DNA from: Mobula hypostoma
Lineage: Eukaryota
Length of the DNA stretch: 64,000 nucleotides
Assembly (NCBI RefSeq): GCF_963921235.1
Contig: NC_086097.1
Coordinates: 216,754,001 to 216,818,000, forward strand
Direction: 5' to 3'
The notes under the pieces were generated by a model, which made no database searches, had not been told where the DNA came from, and saw only the letters and a program-made list of their open reading frames with translations. Shown piece after piece: positions 38,251 through 51,490 of this stretch (position 1 is its first letter; each line of letters opens with the position of its first letter). The position numbers were made by a program, and so were the translations under genes.

Positions 38251-38919
38251 AAAAAAGAAAACAAAAGACATGAGAAGGAAAATTTCTGGCATAAGAGGGT
38301 GATGCTAAGGCCACAATTGGCAAATCGGTACCATGGAGAATTGTTGGAGGAGAATGACATGAATCAGTTGTATTAAAGATTACAGACAGACTGAAGACAG
38401 GACGGAAACATTAAATTGCGACAAGATAAATGAATTAATGTCACTAATAGAAGCATACAAATATGACCGATTTGTCTTTATGGAAGCGTGGTTGATGTTG
38501 TGTCTATGCACAACAGCATACATGTTAAATAAAAGCACGCATGCGGGAGATGGCTTTAACTAGTGTATTCACATTGCAACGAGAGAGAGAGAGAGAGGGA
38601 GAGAGAGAGCGCACAATGTGCATGCGTAGACAACAGACCGATAAGTAGTGCTAAGGTAGGGGTAGGGTGTCATTGCTCTAATAGAAATAGATCCATACAA
38701 TTCACTGGAGGAGTGATCTATTCTTGTGAATTAATATTCCAAATATTCAACATTTAGGAATGACAGGTTAAAAGGAAAAGGGAAAATAATAACACTGAAA
38801 TAATAAAAGATTCTCTATTACACATAGATGCGTGAGAAGTAATTGGGGCAAGTTATTAGATGTTGACAATTGTAATGACACAAGAAGTTAGCAAGGCCCT
38901 AGCACTGGTCTGGAGATGA

Positions 38920-39515
38920 AGGTGGCCTTCATTAATCATGGGACTAAGCTTAAGAGCCGAGAGGTAATGTTGCAGCTATATCGGACCCTGGTCAGACCCC
39001 ACTTGGAATACTGTGCTCAATTCTGGTTGCCTCACTATAGGAAGGATGTGGAAATCATAGAAAGGGTGCAGAGGAGATTTACAAGGATGTTACCTGGATT
39101 GGGGAGCATGCCTTACGAGAATAGGTTGAGTGAACTTGGAGCGATGGAGGATGAGAGGTGACTTGATAGAGGTGTACAAGATAATGAGAGGCATTGATCA
39201 TGTGGATAGTCAGAGGCTTTTCCCCAGGGCTGAAATGGCTAGCATGAGAGGGCGTAGTTTTAAGGTGCTTGAAAGTAGGTACAGAGATGTCAGGGGTAAG
39301 ATTTTTACGCAGAGAGTGGTGAGTGCGTCAAATGGGCTGCTGGCGGTGGTGGTGGAGGCGGAAATAATAGGGTCTTTTAAGAGATTCCTGGATGGCTACA
39401 TGGAGCTTAGAAAATAGAGGGCTATGGGTAAAGCCTAGGTAGTTCTAAGGTAGAGACATGTTTGGCATAGCTTTGTGGGCCGAAGGGCCTGTATTGTGCC
39501 ATATGTTTTCTATGT
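38920..39515 (+). mobile_element. CR1 LINE 3' end
   Basis: LQLYRTLVRPHLEYCAQFWLPHYRKDVEIIERVQRRFTRMLPG; RGDLIEVYKIMRG. Confidence 0.88.
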
Positions 39516-39889
39516 TAGAAGGAGGTAAGGGGTGGGATTTAAAATGGGGGAGGGGAACACTGGGCTTTCATCACATTCCAGGTTGATTCTGGAAAAGTAA
39601 AGAGTTTTGGCCGATGAGATCAAGGGCCCATGATGCTCTCTGTGGTTCAGGCAGATCTGATGGTTTGTGGATAAACTAGTCACAAATTATACTCATTTAA
39701 GGTTATCTCTGCATGGAGAGCAGAAATACAGGCTATCTAATGTAAGGAGAAAAGTAATTGGTTTTGAGGGTAACAAGGAAATCAAGGATTGAAATCGTTG
39801 AGCATTGGACGAAGCAGATCACGATCTACAGGAATGTGATGAACCAGGGGGATAAAAGCTAACCAGACAGACATTTGGAAATGTATTGG

Positions 39890-40680
39890 GAAGTGAGTTT
39901 ATTATCAAAGTATATTTATGTCACGATATACTACCTTGAGAGTCATTTTCCAGAATCAGTAAAAACTACATGAACAACCAATGTCCAAAAGAAGACAAAC
40001 AGCACAAATACAATCAATCATTAACTAAATAAGTAAACAAAACTAATTGAAACTAAGAACATGAGAAGTAAGGTTGTTGAAAGTGAGTCCATAAATTGTG
40101 AATCAGTTTTTAGTATTTAGTATTGGTTCAGGACCCTGATGGTTGAAGGGTAGTAACTGATCCTTAGCCTGGTGGTCAGAACCTAAGGCTTCTGTACCTC
40201 CTTCCTGATGAAAAGACTGCATGGCCTGGTGGGTGGGGTTGCAGCACTTCTTGTAGATGTGCTCAATAGTGGGGAGGGCTTCACCTGTAATAGACTGAGC
40301 TGTATCTGCCACCTTTTGTAGACTTTTCCAATTTTGTGCATTGGTACTTCCATACCAGGCTATGATGTAACCAATCATGATATTCTCCACTGTGCATCCA
40401 TAGAAGTTTGTCAGAGTTTTACATAACATGCCAAATCTGCACAAACCTCTAAGCAAGTAGAGACTGTGTCGTGTTTTCTTCGTAATGGCACTTATGTGCC
40501 AGTATGGATCCTCTGATATGAAAATGCCAAGGAAATAAAAGTTAATGACTCTCAATACCCTAATGAAGAGGGGCACATGGACCTCCAGGTTCTTCCTCCT
40601 GTAGTCAGTAATCAACTCTTTATTTTTGCTGACGTTGAATGAAAGATTATTGTTGTGGCACCATTCAGTCAGATTTCCAA
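39890..40680 (-). mobile_element. Rex1/Babar-type LINE ORF2 C-terminal fragment
   Basis: WCHNNNLSFNVSKNKELITDYR...LTNFYGCTVENI...AWYGS. Confidence 0.85.
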
Positions 40681-40917
40681 AGATCAAAGTTTAAAGTACA
40701 TTTATTTTTGGGGTGGATCCTACGTACAGCATTGAGACTCATAATCTACCAGGCAGCTACAAAACAACAAAACACAAAAGAACCCATTAAAACGCCCCAC
40801 AGAACACAGACCATCGAACACCCAATATGCAAAAAAAAACCGAATAATGTAAACAATAAAAAAGTGAACAAATAACACATACAACAGAACATGAACCACA
40901 GACTCTGAAAGTGAGGC

Positions 40918-43705
40918 TGTTATGTTTTGTAACTTTAAAACATCAAACTAGTTAAAAGGACGACACAGAAGTCCAAACTGTGAGCCTAACTTCATTCTTT
41001 AATAAGGTGAGTATGCAGCACATGGTAGTGTGTTGACGTACGCAATTCATGTATTTATAAATATAACCCATGATGAATTATTTAAATGGACAAGAATGCT
41101 TAATCGACCAATGTATATACAAGATTACTCAAACATTACTGAAATATTAAATATACAACTCGTCCCTGTTTAGCTATAAACTCTAACTCAATGCAGAATA
41201 CATCTCAACTATATACAGACATTCACAGCATAATAAATTTTAAATTAAATTATCCCATTCAGGCCTAAGGATTTAATCACTATGAGACAGTGTGGCATCG
41301 TTTTTGGTTTCCTTTTGAATCACCTCTACCGTTAAAAGAGAGACTTTCAATTTGCGTTATGGAGCATACGTCAAGAGGAGTATCTTTTCTTGTAAATTTT
41401 TTCCGGTATTTCCTTTTCCAAGGGTAAACAGGACAATCTATCACTGTTTCCACAATTAGTCATCCTCTTGAATTCAATTTTGTAATTGTGTCTTTTGAGA
41501 AATGGGTCCCAACTCTGCTTTCATGCTGCTGCTGTTAGTGGTCTGTGGATTGAAGATTGACACGAGTGGTCGATGATCAGTAATGAGGGTAAACTCTCTC
41601 CCATATAGGGACTGGTTAAAATGTTTTACACCCCAAACCAGAGTCAAGGCCTCTCTGTCTATCTGTGTGTAATTTTTCTCTGCAGTGGTAAGGGAATGTG
41701 ATGCAAAGGCTGTGGGGAGTTCACCTCCATCACTCATAACATGTGATAAGACTTCACCTATACCATAAAGCACAGTGGAGCACAGGGGGTAGCCGGCTTT
41801 GGCAGGAACCTGCTATAGTAGTTGACAAATCCTGTAAAGGACTGCAACTGCAACACGCCCTTTGGCCTTGGGGCATCCAACACTGCTTGAACTTTCCCAG
41901 CACATTTGTGTAATTCTTTTGCATCAATGGTGTGACCATAGTAAGTGATGCTTAGTTTAAAGAATTCACACTTGTTGAGTCATGCCCTGAGTTGATAATC
42001 TTCTAATCTTTTTAACACAGTCTTGAGGTTCTGGAGATGTTCCTTGTCATCCTTACCAGTAACAATTACGTCATCTAGGTCACACTGAGTGCCTGGGCAG
42101 CCTTGCAGCACCTGGTACATAGCTTTCTGCCAGAAAGCAGGTGCAAATGTTACTCCAAAAATAAGCCTATTTTAGCGATAAAGCCCTTTGTGCATTTTTA
42201 TCATGAGAAACACTTTTGATTCTTCTTCCATCTCCATCTGTAGATAAACCTCAGCTAAATACACTTTGCTGAAGTGTTTCCCTCCAGAAAGTTTTGCAAA
42301 GTTATCCTCCATCCCGGGCAAAGGGTATTCATCTACTCTCAGTACCAGGTTGATAGAGACCTTAATATCACCACAAGATCCTGACAAACCCATTCTTCTT
42401 GGTTCTTGGGACCACTGGTGTTTCCATGAGCTCCACTCAACCTTGGAAAGAATTCCTTCAGCCTGAATATGGTCTAGCTCACTGGCTACAGGTATAAGGA
42501 ATCGGATGAGCTATGCAAAAACTGTGTGCACCATTTTCATTTAACACTGTTTTACCCTTGATATGTTTGAGTTTTCAAATGCCATCTGTGAACACTGCTG
42601 TGGTATCACCCAATATTTCTTAATTCACTTTCAGCTGGCTTTATTGCAGGGAATGTGGCATGCAAATAGTGGTTGGGTCTCGAAACAAGTTGCAGTTGTA
42701 TCAACCAATGATGTCCCTACAATATTGGTCCTCCTGCTTTTACCATATATAAGCTTAATGTGGCTTATTGGTTGTTGTATTTCACTTTCATGAATGTCAT
42801 TCCCATAAGGGTTATCTTTTCTCCAGTATGTTCTTAGTTGGATATCTGCAAGTTTCAGTATCTTTGAAATGCTACTCAAACTTATTGTGTGGAATGATGG
42901 AATTAGCTGACCCAGGGTCTAATTCCATTTTAATTAATTTGCCATTCACTCTGGTGTAAGCCATATTGCTTGAATATCATCAGTTTTCACATTGTAAATC
43001 ACAAGGCTAGCCAGCCCTGTGTCACTTTCATCATATCAGATTTTTCATCAATGGCGTGCAGATTAGTGCTTTTTGAAACTGCATCTTGACTTTTTCTCTT
43101 TTCCTCGTTCCTGTGCAGTCTACTTATTTTTGTCTCCCTGACATGCTATCTGTATGTGACCCACTTCGTTGCATTTTCTGCAAGTTTCATCTTTAAATGT
43201 ACATTAATTTGATGTATGTGGGCCCATGCCATAACGGTAACGTAATTTGTTCGGCCAGGTCAGTTTCTATTTAGACGTTGCAATTTTATTCACACTCACT
43301 TTCATTCCTGATTTCAACTCAATTGCCTCTATGTCTGCTGTTTCCATTGATACAGCAATTGCAATTCTCTTTTAAATGTAACTTGTACTTCAGTTAGGAG
43401 TCATTTTTGAATGCTTCCTTGTAAGATTCCACAAACTAAATGATCTCCAAGTGCATCATTTAGCCCATCATTAAACTGAAAATGCTCAGACAATCTCTTC
43501 ATTCAGCCATGTACACAGAAATGGACTCCCGTTCCACTTGATTCCACTTATGAAACCTAAGTGTTCCTGCATTCCTTCCACAATATCAACAAAGCTCATT
43601 TCAGCTGGGTTAGTTGGTGCAATCAAACTTCAAAGCAAACTGTCTGCCTTTAAACCTAATGCACTCAGCAAAATTGGTACTCTTTTCTCATCGGCTATTT
43701 CACCT
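40918..43705 (-). mobile_element. Decayed Ty3/Gypsy LTR retrotransposon (gag-PR-RT-RNaseH, 3' LTR)
   Basis: CCHC knuckle CRKCNEVGHIQIAC (~43141-43185), protease-like ELDPGS, RT (YPLPGMEDNFAKLSGGKHFSK), RNase H (AFASHSLTTAEKNYTQIDREAL...FTLITDHRPL). Purine tract then a TG...CA-bounded LTR at 40918-41157. Integrase largely deleted; no 5' LTR seen. Confidence 0.85.
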
Positions 43706-43709
43706 GGCA

Positions 43710-43845
43710 CTGAAGGGTCTCAGCCTGAAACGTCGACTGCACCTCTTCCTAGAGATGCTGCCTGGCCTGCTGCGTTCACCAGCAACTTTTATGTGTGTTG
43801 CTTGAATTTCCAGCATCTGCAGAATTCCTGTTGTTTGCGTTTTTA
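43710..43845 (+). mobile_element. Penelope terminal repeat truncated within the hammerhead core
   Basis: GAAGGGTCTCAGCCTGAAACGTCGACTGC...; CTGANGA box incomplete. Confidence 0.75.
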
Positions 43846-46800
43846 AACAGGTATGATTGATTTTCCATTATGAAATAGGGTGACCAAATCTGGAAGTAAT
43901 ATTCCAGGTACTCAACATTTATGAAGAACTGGCAGAAAGGAAAAGGGAAAGTTTAGATTGATCCATTATAATGATTTTTTACTATCATTAAATTCTAAAG
44001 CTGCTTAAACGGGTTTTATCAGGAATTTTGAAATTCAATTGGATCATGGCATGAACATAAAACAGGTTTATGCAACATTTAAATTCAGACAAATGCTATA
44101 TCAAAAACTGTTTGCTATCACAGTTTGTTTCTAGTACTTGAGAGAAGTGCTTAGTTTCTCCACTCCATGTGGTTGGCAGAGAGAATAGAGAGTTAAACGT
44201 AAAGCAATCCTCATTCCATTTAAACATTCATTGCACTTCTCCCATTCATTTGCTTTAACCTTTGACAAATAACTGAAAGCGTGCATTGGCATTCAGCAGC
44301 TAAAGAATGACCCACATTGAAATATGGTCCAAAGTAATAAATTTTAGGTAATTCTACTGAAGAATCAAAAGTTAGTAATATAACATTTTGTTGTGTTTCT
44401 TTGTGTGCATCATACTGTAATTGGAAAGCCGTTAAGGCAACTTCAAAATTCAAAGTAAATTTATTATCAAGGCACATATATGCCACCATATACAACCCCG
44501 AGATTTATTTTCTTGCAGGTGTACTTAATAAATCCTTAAAGGAATCAATGAAAGACTGCATCATTGTCATTGGGTCTATTTAAGGCAGAGATTGATTAAC
44601 TTCTTGATTGGACACGGGAGAAGGCCAGGGAGCGGGGCTGAGGAAAGGACAAAAGGATTCAGCCATGATTGAATGGCGAAGCAGACTTAATGGGCCAAAT
44701 GGCCTAATTCTGCTCCTATGTCTTATGATCTGGTGGTCTTATCAAGTTGGGCATTCAACTAGGGTATGAAAGACAACTACAAAAAGCAAGAAATAATAAT
44801 AATAAATAAATAAGCAATAAACAAGAAAAGTAGAGGGAAGAAATTCAAGTGTTTTCGCACATTCATATATTTTCCTGTGCATTTCCCATGAGTGTTACGG
44901 ATTGCTCCCACATTCCAAAACCATTTGTTAAGTTAATTGATTACAGTAAATTGGTAGGTGATTGGTGGAAGAATGGGTATGTATGAGGAAGGAAGTAGGT
45001 TACTGGGAAATAAATTCAGAAGTAGGATTGTGATGGGTTTACTCTGAGAACTGGGTATAGACCAAATAGACAAGATGGCCCTCTTAAGTGTTGTAAAAGG
45101 CTTGAAAGCTCTGCCTTCAGGTGCATGAAAAGCTGTTTATTTTCCCTTGTGAAAATGGGAAATTCCAAATCCACGAACACTTTACATTTGTGGTTGATTA
45201 GCTCCTTTATTTCCTAGTCATTCTTAATGAACAAGTCCCGGTTTCTTTTCTTAAGAAGCCAAGAATCTCTGCACAGTTGTTCACTTCGGTGGTTTTAGGG
45301 TAGCACGTCAATGCCAGGATATAACCATCTGGAAAAGCATGATCATTGAGGAAGGAGCAGGGAATACCAACTCAAACATGATCATTCTCCTACCAAAATA
45401 TGGAAGTTTTACCATAGCAAATATGGTGTTTCATCAGATTTCATGGAAAATGTCAGTTCAGACACTGGCATTTGCAGTACTAGATTACATCATTGCCTGC
45501 ATGAGTGACCAAAAATGTGTCTGTACCACCCATACTATGATTAAAAAAAACGATAACTCCCAGATAAATGACTGCCTAATCCATTTGTAACCTCTGGCCT
45601 TAAAGTATCAACATCGATAGAAAAGTTGGACCAAGAACACACTGTAATTGTCTAAACTGACAAGAATCCCACTAAACTGCCTCTTCTCATGAAGCACCTC
45701 ACAAACATATTTCTTGAATAAGCTGTTAACTGGGAGATTAGGAGAGAGAGGCCGCTGGAGCTAACTGATGTACTGTGAAGTTATTTCTGCTCCTCAAAGA
45801 GTCAGAGTATTCAGAAAGTTATGGCACACAGGACATTCAGCCCACTCCAGCTACAAAAGAATAACTCAACTGATTGTAATTACTGGTTTTCATTCTGTGG
45901 CCCAAGGTTCCTTAAATATTATTCAGACATTTTTTTAAACCTGTGATTTCCCCACAACCATTTGAGTGATAAAGAGTGAATTCCTCTATCCTTGGAACAA
46001 TTGCTAAGTATGTGTGAGCAAATTCAAGTTGAAGTGTATTGTCATTCAACCGTAGACACGTATACCGCCAAACATAACGAAGTTCCTCCAGACCGAGACA
46101 CACAGCACAGTACATATGACTCACACACAGTGCATAAAGTAATATCACAACAAATAAATTAACATATAATAAAATATAGTCCAGAAGGTCGACATTCAGG
46201 ATAAGGTGCATTTACAACACAAGTCAAAAAGTAAGCAGTATAATGCTTCTGCTGCTTCACAGGTGATGTGATCTGGGTGGTGGCAGAAAGTTCAGTAGTC
46301 TCACAGCCCTGTACCTTCTTCCAGATGGCAGCAGTGAGAGGAGAATATGGCCTGGATGGTGGGGCCCTGACGGCAGGCTGTAACAGTGCTCTGTGTAGAT
46401 GTGTTCAATGGTGGGGAGGGCTTTACCTATGGTGGACTGGGCCACATCCACTGCTCTCTGTAGGCTTTTTCATCCAATGGCATATTTCATGCATGGACTT
46501 TTGGTCAACCAATGTAAGTGTTCTATGAACCTCACTGATGACTCAATGAATGCCACAAATAAACATTTCTGAGTATTGAATATCTGTTGGAATATACTTT
46601 TTTATTGCACAATATAAATTTTTCTTTCTGATGCAGTGGTTATTGCATGCTTACAGTTTTGAAAAGAATGACTCCATGCAGGGAAGTTCAGGAATTCTGT
46701 CTTTCTGGACAAATGTATTACAGAGTTTTTACAACCATAGATTATCATCCACTCACACCCTGGAATCCTCTTACAGGACCTAAAATGAAAAATGAAATAT

Positions 46801-47031
46801 GCTAGAATACTGCAAGTGAAAGCAAATATTCACTCTTATGGCTCCCCTGGATAGTCTGCTTGCCCCATGTTGATGGGTATATCCAAACGATCCTGACCTC
46901 AAGGCATATTTCCAATTTCTTTGGCTGCCCAAGAGTGAGTACCTCTCAGAAGACAGAAGAGGAAATTGATATGGGTGAGCTGTGAATGATCCTGATCCTA
47001 ACCTACTGCCATGACTACTGTGGTGACCTAA

Positions 47032-47340
47032 GATAAGATTAGCGCTATTTGCCATACGTACATCAAATCATCGAAACATACAGTGAAATGTGTCATTTTG
47101 CATCAGTGACGAACCCAGTCCAGGAATTGTGCTGGTACAGCCTGCGAGTGTCACCATGCTTCTGGCACCAACATCGTATACCCACAGCTCACTAATGCTA
47201 ACCATGCGGTGTGTCTTTGGAATGTGAGGAGGAAACTGACATAGTCATTGGGAGAATATACAATCTCCTTATAGACAGTGGCAAGAATCGAACCCTGATC
47301 AGTGTAAAGTGATTGCGCTAACCGCTGAACGACCATGCCC
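47032..47340 (-). mobile_element. tRNA-derived SINE (V-SINE-like) with LINE-type tail
   Basis: Minus strand A-box-like TGGTCGTTCAGCGGTTAGCG, B-box GGGTTCGATTC, V-domain TTTCCTCCTCACATTCCAAAGAC, (ATCTT)n tail. Confidence 0.7.
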
Positions 47341-48109
47341 CACTCTCTGTGGAGAACACTTCCGGTAACATATTTTTGTTAATAGATTTTTCTAATCAGA
47401 AAGCCTGGATTAGAAAATGGATTAAAATTCATACCACAAATATACCTGACACAAGTCAGAGGAAATCCACACCTGCTTTTCAAATGGCACGTTACAAGAA
47501 TGGTAAAAATGAAGTGCTATGCCAAATGGTGTGTCATTTCTACTTCATTTGCATGAAAATTTGTTCTCTTCCACATGAAACAAATGTCCAGGGCTTCTTC
47601 ACGCTGCATAAGAGGTGTAAGTAAATTGGGTTTCTCTTGATTTGCTTGCATAGTTAATCCTCGGGTTGTAAATTTGGTTATGCAAACATTGGATTTTTAA
47701 TCCTATCTCACATTCCTGCCTTATGCTGGAGTGTTGGGTGGGTATAGAAAAGAGGGTGGCAGTAGACATTCCTTATTTAGGATGGGCAGCAAGTGATCCT
47801 AAAGACTGTGGTTTGCATCAGCTGGAAGGAGATGCCTGTTATGCAAAGGAATTCCCTCTGGGCAAGGTGTGAGCTTGTTTGTTCCAGAGTTTGTGGTGAG
47901 GCAAACTGAAAGCCCCTCGAGAGCTGCTACGTAATCAAATAGAATTATTTTTGCGGCTCAAATGCAAAAAGATGTAGTAAGAATTCAGAGTGTCAGCATT
48001 TGCAATGATGATTTGAATGGTGGAGGAGATACAAGTATGTATTTAATGCAAATGTGGATCATATAGCAACAAGTTATATGTAAATAACAGAATTTCACAC
48101 CAAGGTGTG

Positions 48110-48680
48110 ATCATGGAGTCTAAAGAGGCTGCAGGTGCTGGGATCTGGTACAAAAAAAACAAACTGCTGGAGGAGCTCAGAGTGTCAAGCAAGGAGAGAG
48201 TGAATATTTTGGGTTGAGGCCCTGCATCAGGACTGAGAGTGGAGAGGGCAGATAGCCAGACTAAAGGGTTGAGTGAGAAGGTGATAGGTAGAACCAGGTG
48301 AGGTGGCGAATGATGGGCAGGGAGGAGGGAAGGTAGAGACACAGGTTGAAGGATGGTAAATGAGCCTGAGGAGAGAGGGATGATGGGCAGATGGAGCCAG
48401 ATGGGTGAAGGGGAATTCAGAGACTAAAGCTAGTGGGGAACAGATGGAAAAATATAAAGGCAGATGAAGCCAGGTGGGGAGGGGTGGAGGAAGGTAGAGA
48501 CAGAGACCGGAAGGTGATGTGTGGTATCCAATAAAGGCAAGATAATGGGCAGATGTAGGAAGGAATAGGAGGTATAGGCTAAGGGAGAAAGAAGTACTGT
48601 TGGGTAGGTATGTGGGTGATAGGATGATGGAGCCATGTTGGGGGACGGGGAGAAAGGTGAAAAATCTAGATAACATGGGA
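48110..48680 (-). mobile_element. Old Penelope terminal repeat (purine-rich on +)
   Basis: Degenerate CAGTCCTGATGCAGGGCCTCAACCCAAAA and CTGAGCTCCTCCAGC motifs on the minus strand. Confidence 0.6.
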
Positions 48681-50849
48681 GAGATATGATCCTGTCTTTA
48701 AACCCATCATTATTCTGGGAAATAAGCAACTCCCTGAGTTTATTTTCATTTTTGGTGAGATGCTGAATGGTTATTACGAGAAAGGAGGCCTGATACCAGC
48801 TACTGTTATCAGATTAGCACAACAGTTGCTATTGTGGAATAAGATTGGAAAGTTCTTTGGCCTGTTTCTGTGCTTTATCTCTTTATGACTCTAATAAGCA
48901 GGAGCCTGAATTACCAGGTTAAACCTGGATCATGTCAAATTAACTGAAGTGCTGAAATGCTGATCATAAATTATGAAGCCTTCAGTGCATTAAATTACAT
49001 AACTAACATTAATGATCTTATAATTAAAATTACACAGACACAGGCCATTCAAACTTTCTTCAACTAATCCATGCTAAGGGGAATTACCTCTTACAGAATT
49101 GCCCCGGTAACTAATCTGCACAAAGGATACTGATATTGGATAGAAGCATTCTTCAGCTGAACCCCAAGTTCCTCTCTTCCCTGTACAATTACCCCTGGTT
49201 CACCCTTCGGCTTATTAATTGTTGCTGAGATTTAGTCTTTGTAGTTCTATTGTTGTCAGCATCTTCCACTGGGGCTTTTGTGTTGCCCTCCGTAATGGTG
49301 ATCCTACAATGTTTACGTGCTTTCTTTGAAGTGAATGAATAACAGAGGGATGCCAGGAAAGTAAGTGACGATTAGAGATACTGTACGTATTGCCCTACTG
49401 TCACTAACTCTACCCCGGGAAGAACTGGGCAGATGTTTCCACCTCCAGGGTAGTGCCTATGGAGATTTTGCTTCACTAAATAAAGACATCATTGAAATCA
49501 ACCCCATGCTGCAACATGACCCTGAGAGCGTTTTTATCATCCACATCATATTGCTTTTAATGGTGAAGAACACAAAAAATTAACCTTCTTCCCAATGGGT
49601 AATTTCATGCTGCCTCCGTGGTCAATTGTTGACAACCGACCAGCTGTTGACAGATGCATATTCAAAACACAGGTGCTTTGTCTGTTTGCAAAGTAGGACT
49701 GAAAAATTAATTAAAACCTTTCCCTCCTTTTAGTGGATTTTTTTGTTCTCCTTTGCACTTTTATTCTGCCAGAGAATTCATGCAAATGATATGAACAGTA
49801 ATGTTACTTGCAAAATTCATCAACTTTAAGATTTTCAACAATTTGTGGTAACTTAGATTTTATTAACCATGATTTGTCTGAAATGGTAATACATAAAAGA
49901 CCAACAACAGCATTCTGTATTCTCACCTCCCCCCCCCCCCCACCAAGGCGTGTGACATTCTATGACCTAAGATGTAACCTAACCTTTGTCTATAGTCATC
50001 AGGGTCACGGTCACTCTCAGCTTCCTAGCCTTTGGATTTTTCCAAACTGCTGCTGCAGATTACTGCCATTTAAGGGAGGTCTCATGAACTCATCTCTGAA
50101 GCAGGGATCATATTTACTGCAGAAGCAGGTCGAGCAGACCTACATGAGCATTTTCTTAGATTTCAGGCTTTCCCAAAGCATGGACATTCAAAGATTGAAC
50201 TCATGCCCTTACAGAGCATCCCTGTGAACCTCTTGTCCAATCAAACTCAAGGCCTTGCTGCTATGCTCATTCTGCAAAACTGAGTGGTCTACAAGCAGTG
50301 ACTAAGCTTAAGGTGACACGTCCTGAGACACTGTCCCAGGTTGCTTTGTTGGCCTAATTTCCACCAGTTTATACTGTTTTTCTCTGATAAGCGAAGTTCA
50401 AAGTACATTTATTATCGAAGTATGTATACTATATACAACCTTGAGACTCATTTCCTTGGGCAGCCACAAAACAAAGAAACACAATAGAACCCATTAAAAA
50501 ACAGAAGACAGTCAAACACCCAATGTGCCAAAAAAAAACAAATTGTGCAAACAATAAAAGTAAGCAAGTTACATTCAGAATTTAAGTTCACAAAAGTGGC
50601 CATAGCCACGAAGCCAGTGATCACTGCAGCCTATTCAGGAGCCCATTTGTTGCAGGCGACAGCCTCAGTTCAGCGCAGAGACAAGTCAGTCTTGTCAAGC
50701 AACAAGCTGAATGCGCCAGTACCTTCCCGTCAGTCCTGACAACCTGACCTTTTCGATCTGGCCTGGCGCTTAAATCGTGCAAACCTTGGGTGATTCCTTG
50801 TTCTCGGACCCAAGCCCTGCTGCTAAGATCAGGGATATTTAAAAACAGT

Positions 50850-51490
50850 TAATATACAGCACAGTATGAGCCCTTCGGTGTACTATGTAAACCTACTTCA
50901 TTATCAGCCTAACGCCTCTCTCCTACATAGCCCATAATCCTCCATTTTTCATCCATCATGTGCCTGTCTAAAAGTTTCCTAACTGTCTCTAATGTATCAG
51001 CATCGATTATTACCAAAGCAGTGTATTCCAGCTCTTACCACTCTCTATGTAAAAAAAAACTACCTTTCACATCTTCCCTAAACCTTCTTTCACTCACCTT
51101 CAATGCATATACTCTGGTATTAGCCATTGCTGCCCTGGGAAAAAGGTGCTAGCTGTCAACACAATCTATGCCTCTTATAATCTTATACACCTCTATCAAG
51201 TTGGCGTTCATCCTCCTTCACTCCAAAGAGAAACAGACTAACTGCTCAGCCTTTCCGCAAAGGACAAGCTCTCCAATTCATAAGACAAGCTCTCCAATCC
51301 AGTGGGCATCCTGGTAAATTTCCATCGCACCCTCTCTAAACCTTCCACATTGTTCCTATTATGAGGTGACCAGAACTGACCACAATATTCCAAGTGTGGT
51401 CTAGCCGGTGTTTTATAGAGCTGCAACATTATCTCGCAGCTCTTGAACTCAGTCCCCTGGTTAACAAAAGTCATCACACAATCTTCCTTC
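50850..51490 (-). mobile_element. CR1 LINE 3' end
   Basis: LQLYKTPARPHLEYCGQFWSPH...LERVRWKFTRM. Confidence 0.8.

Noticed and set aside
47290..47340. tRNA-like A/B boxes
   Set aside because: SINE head continuing into a V-domain; no complete cloverleaf.
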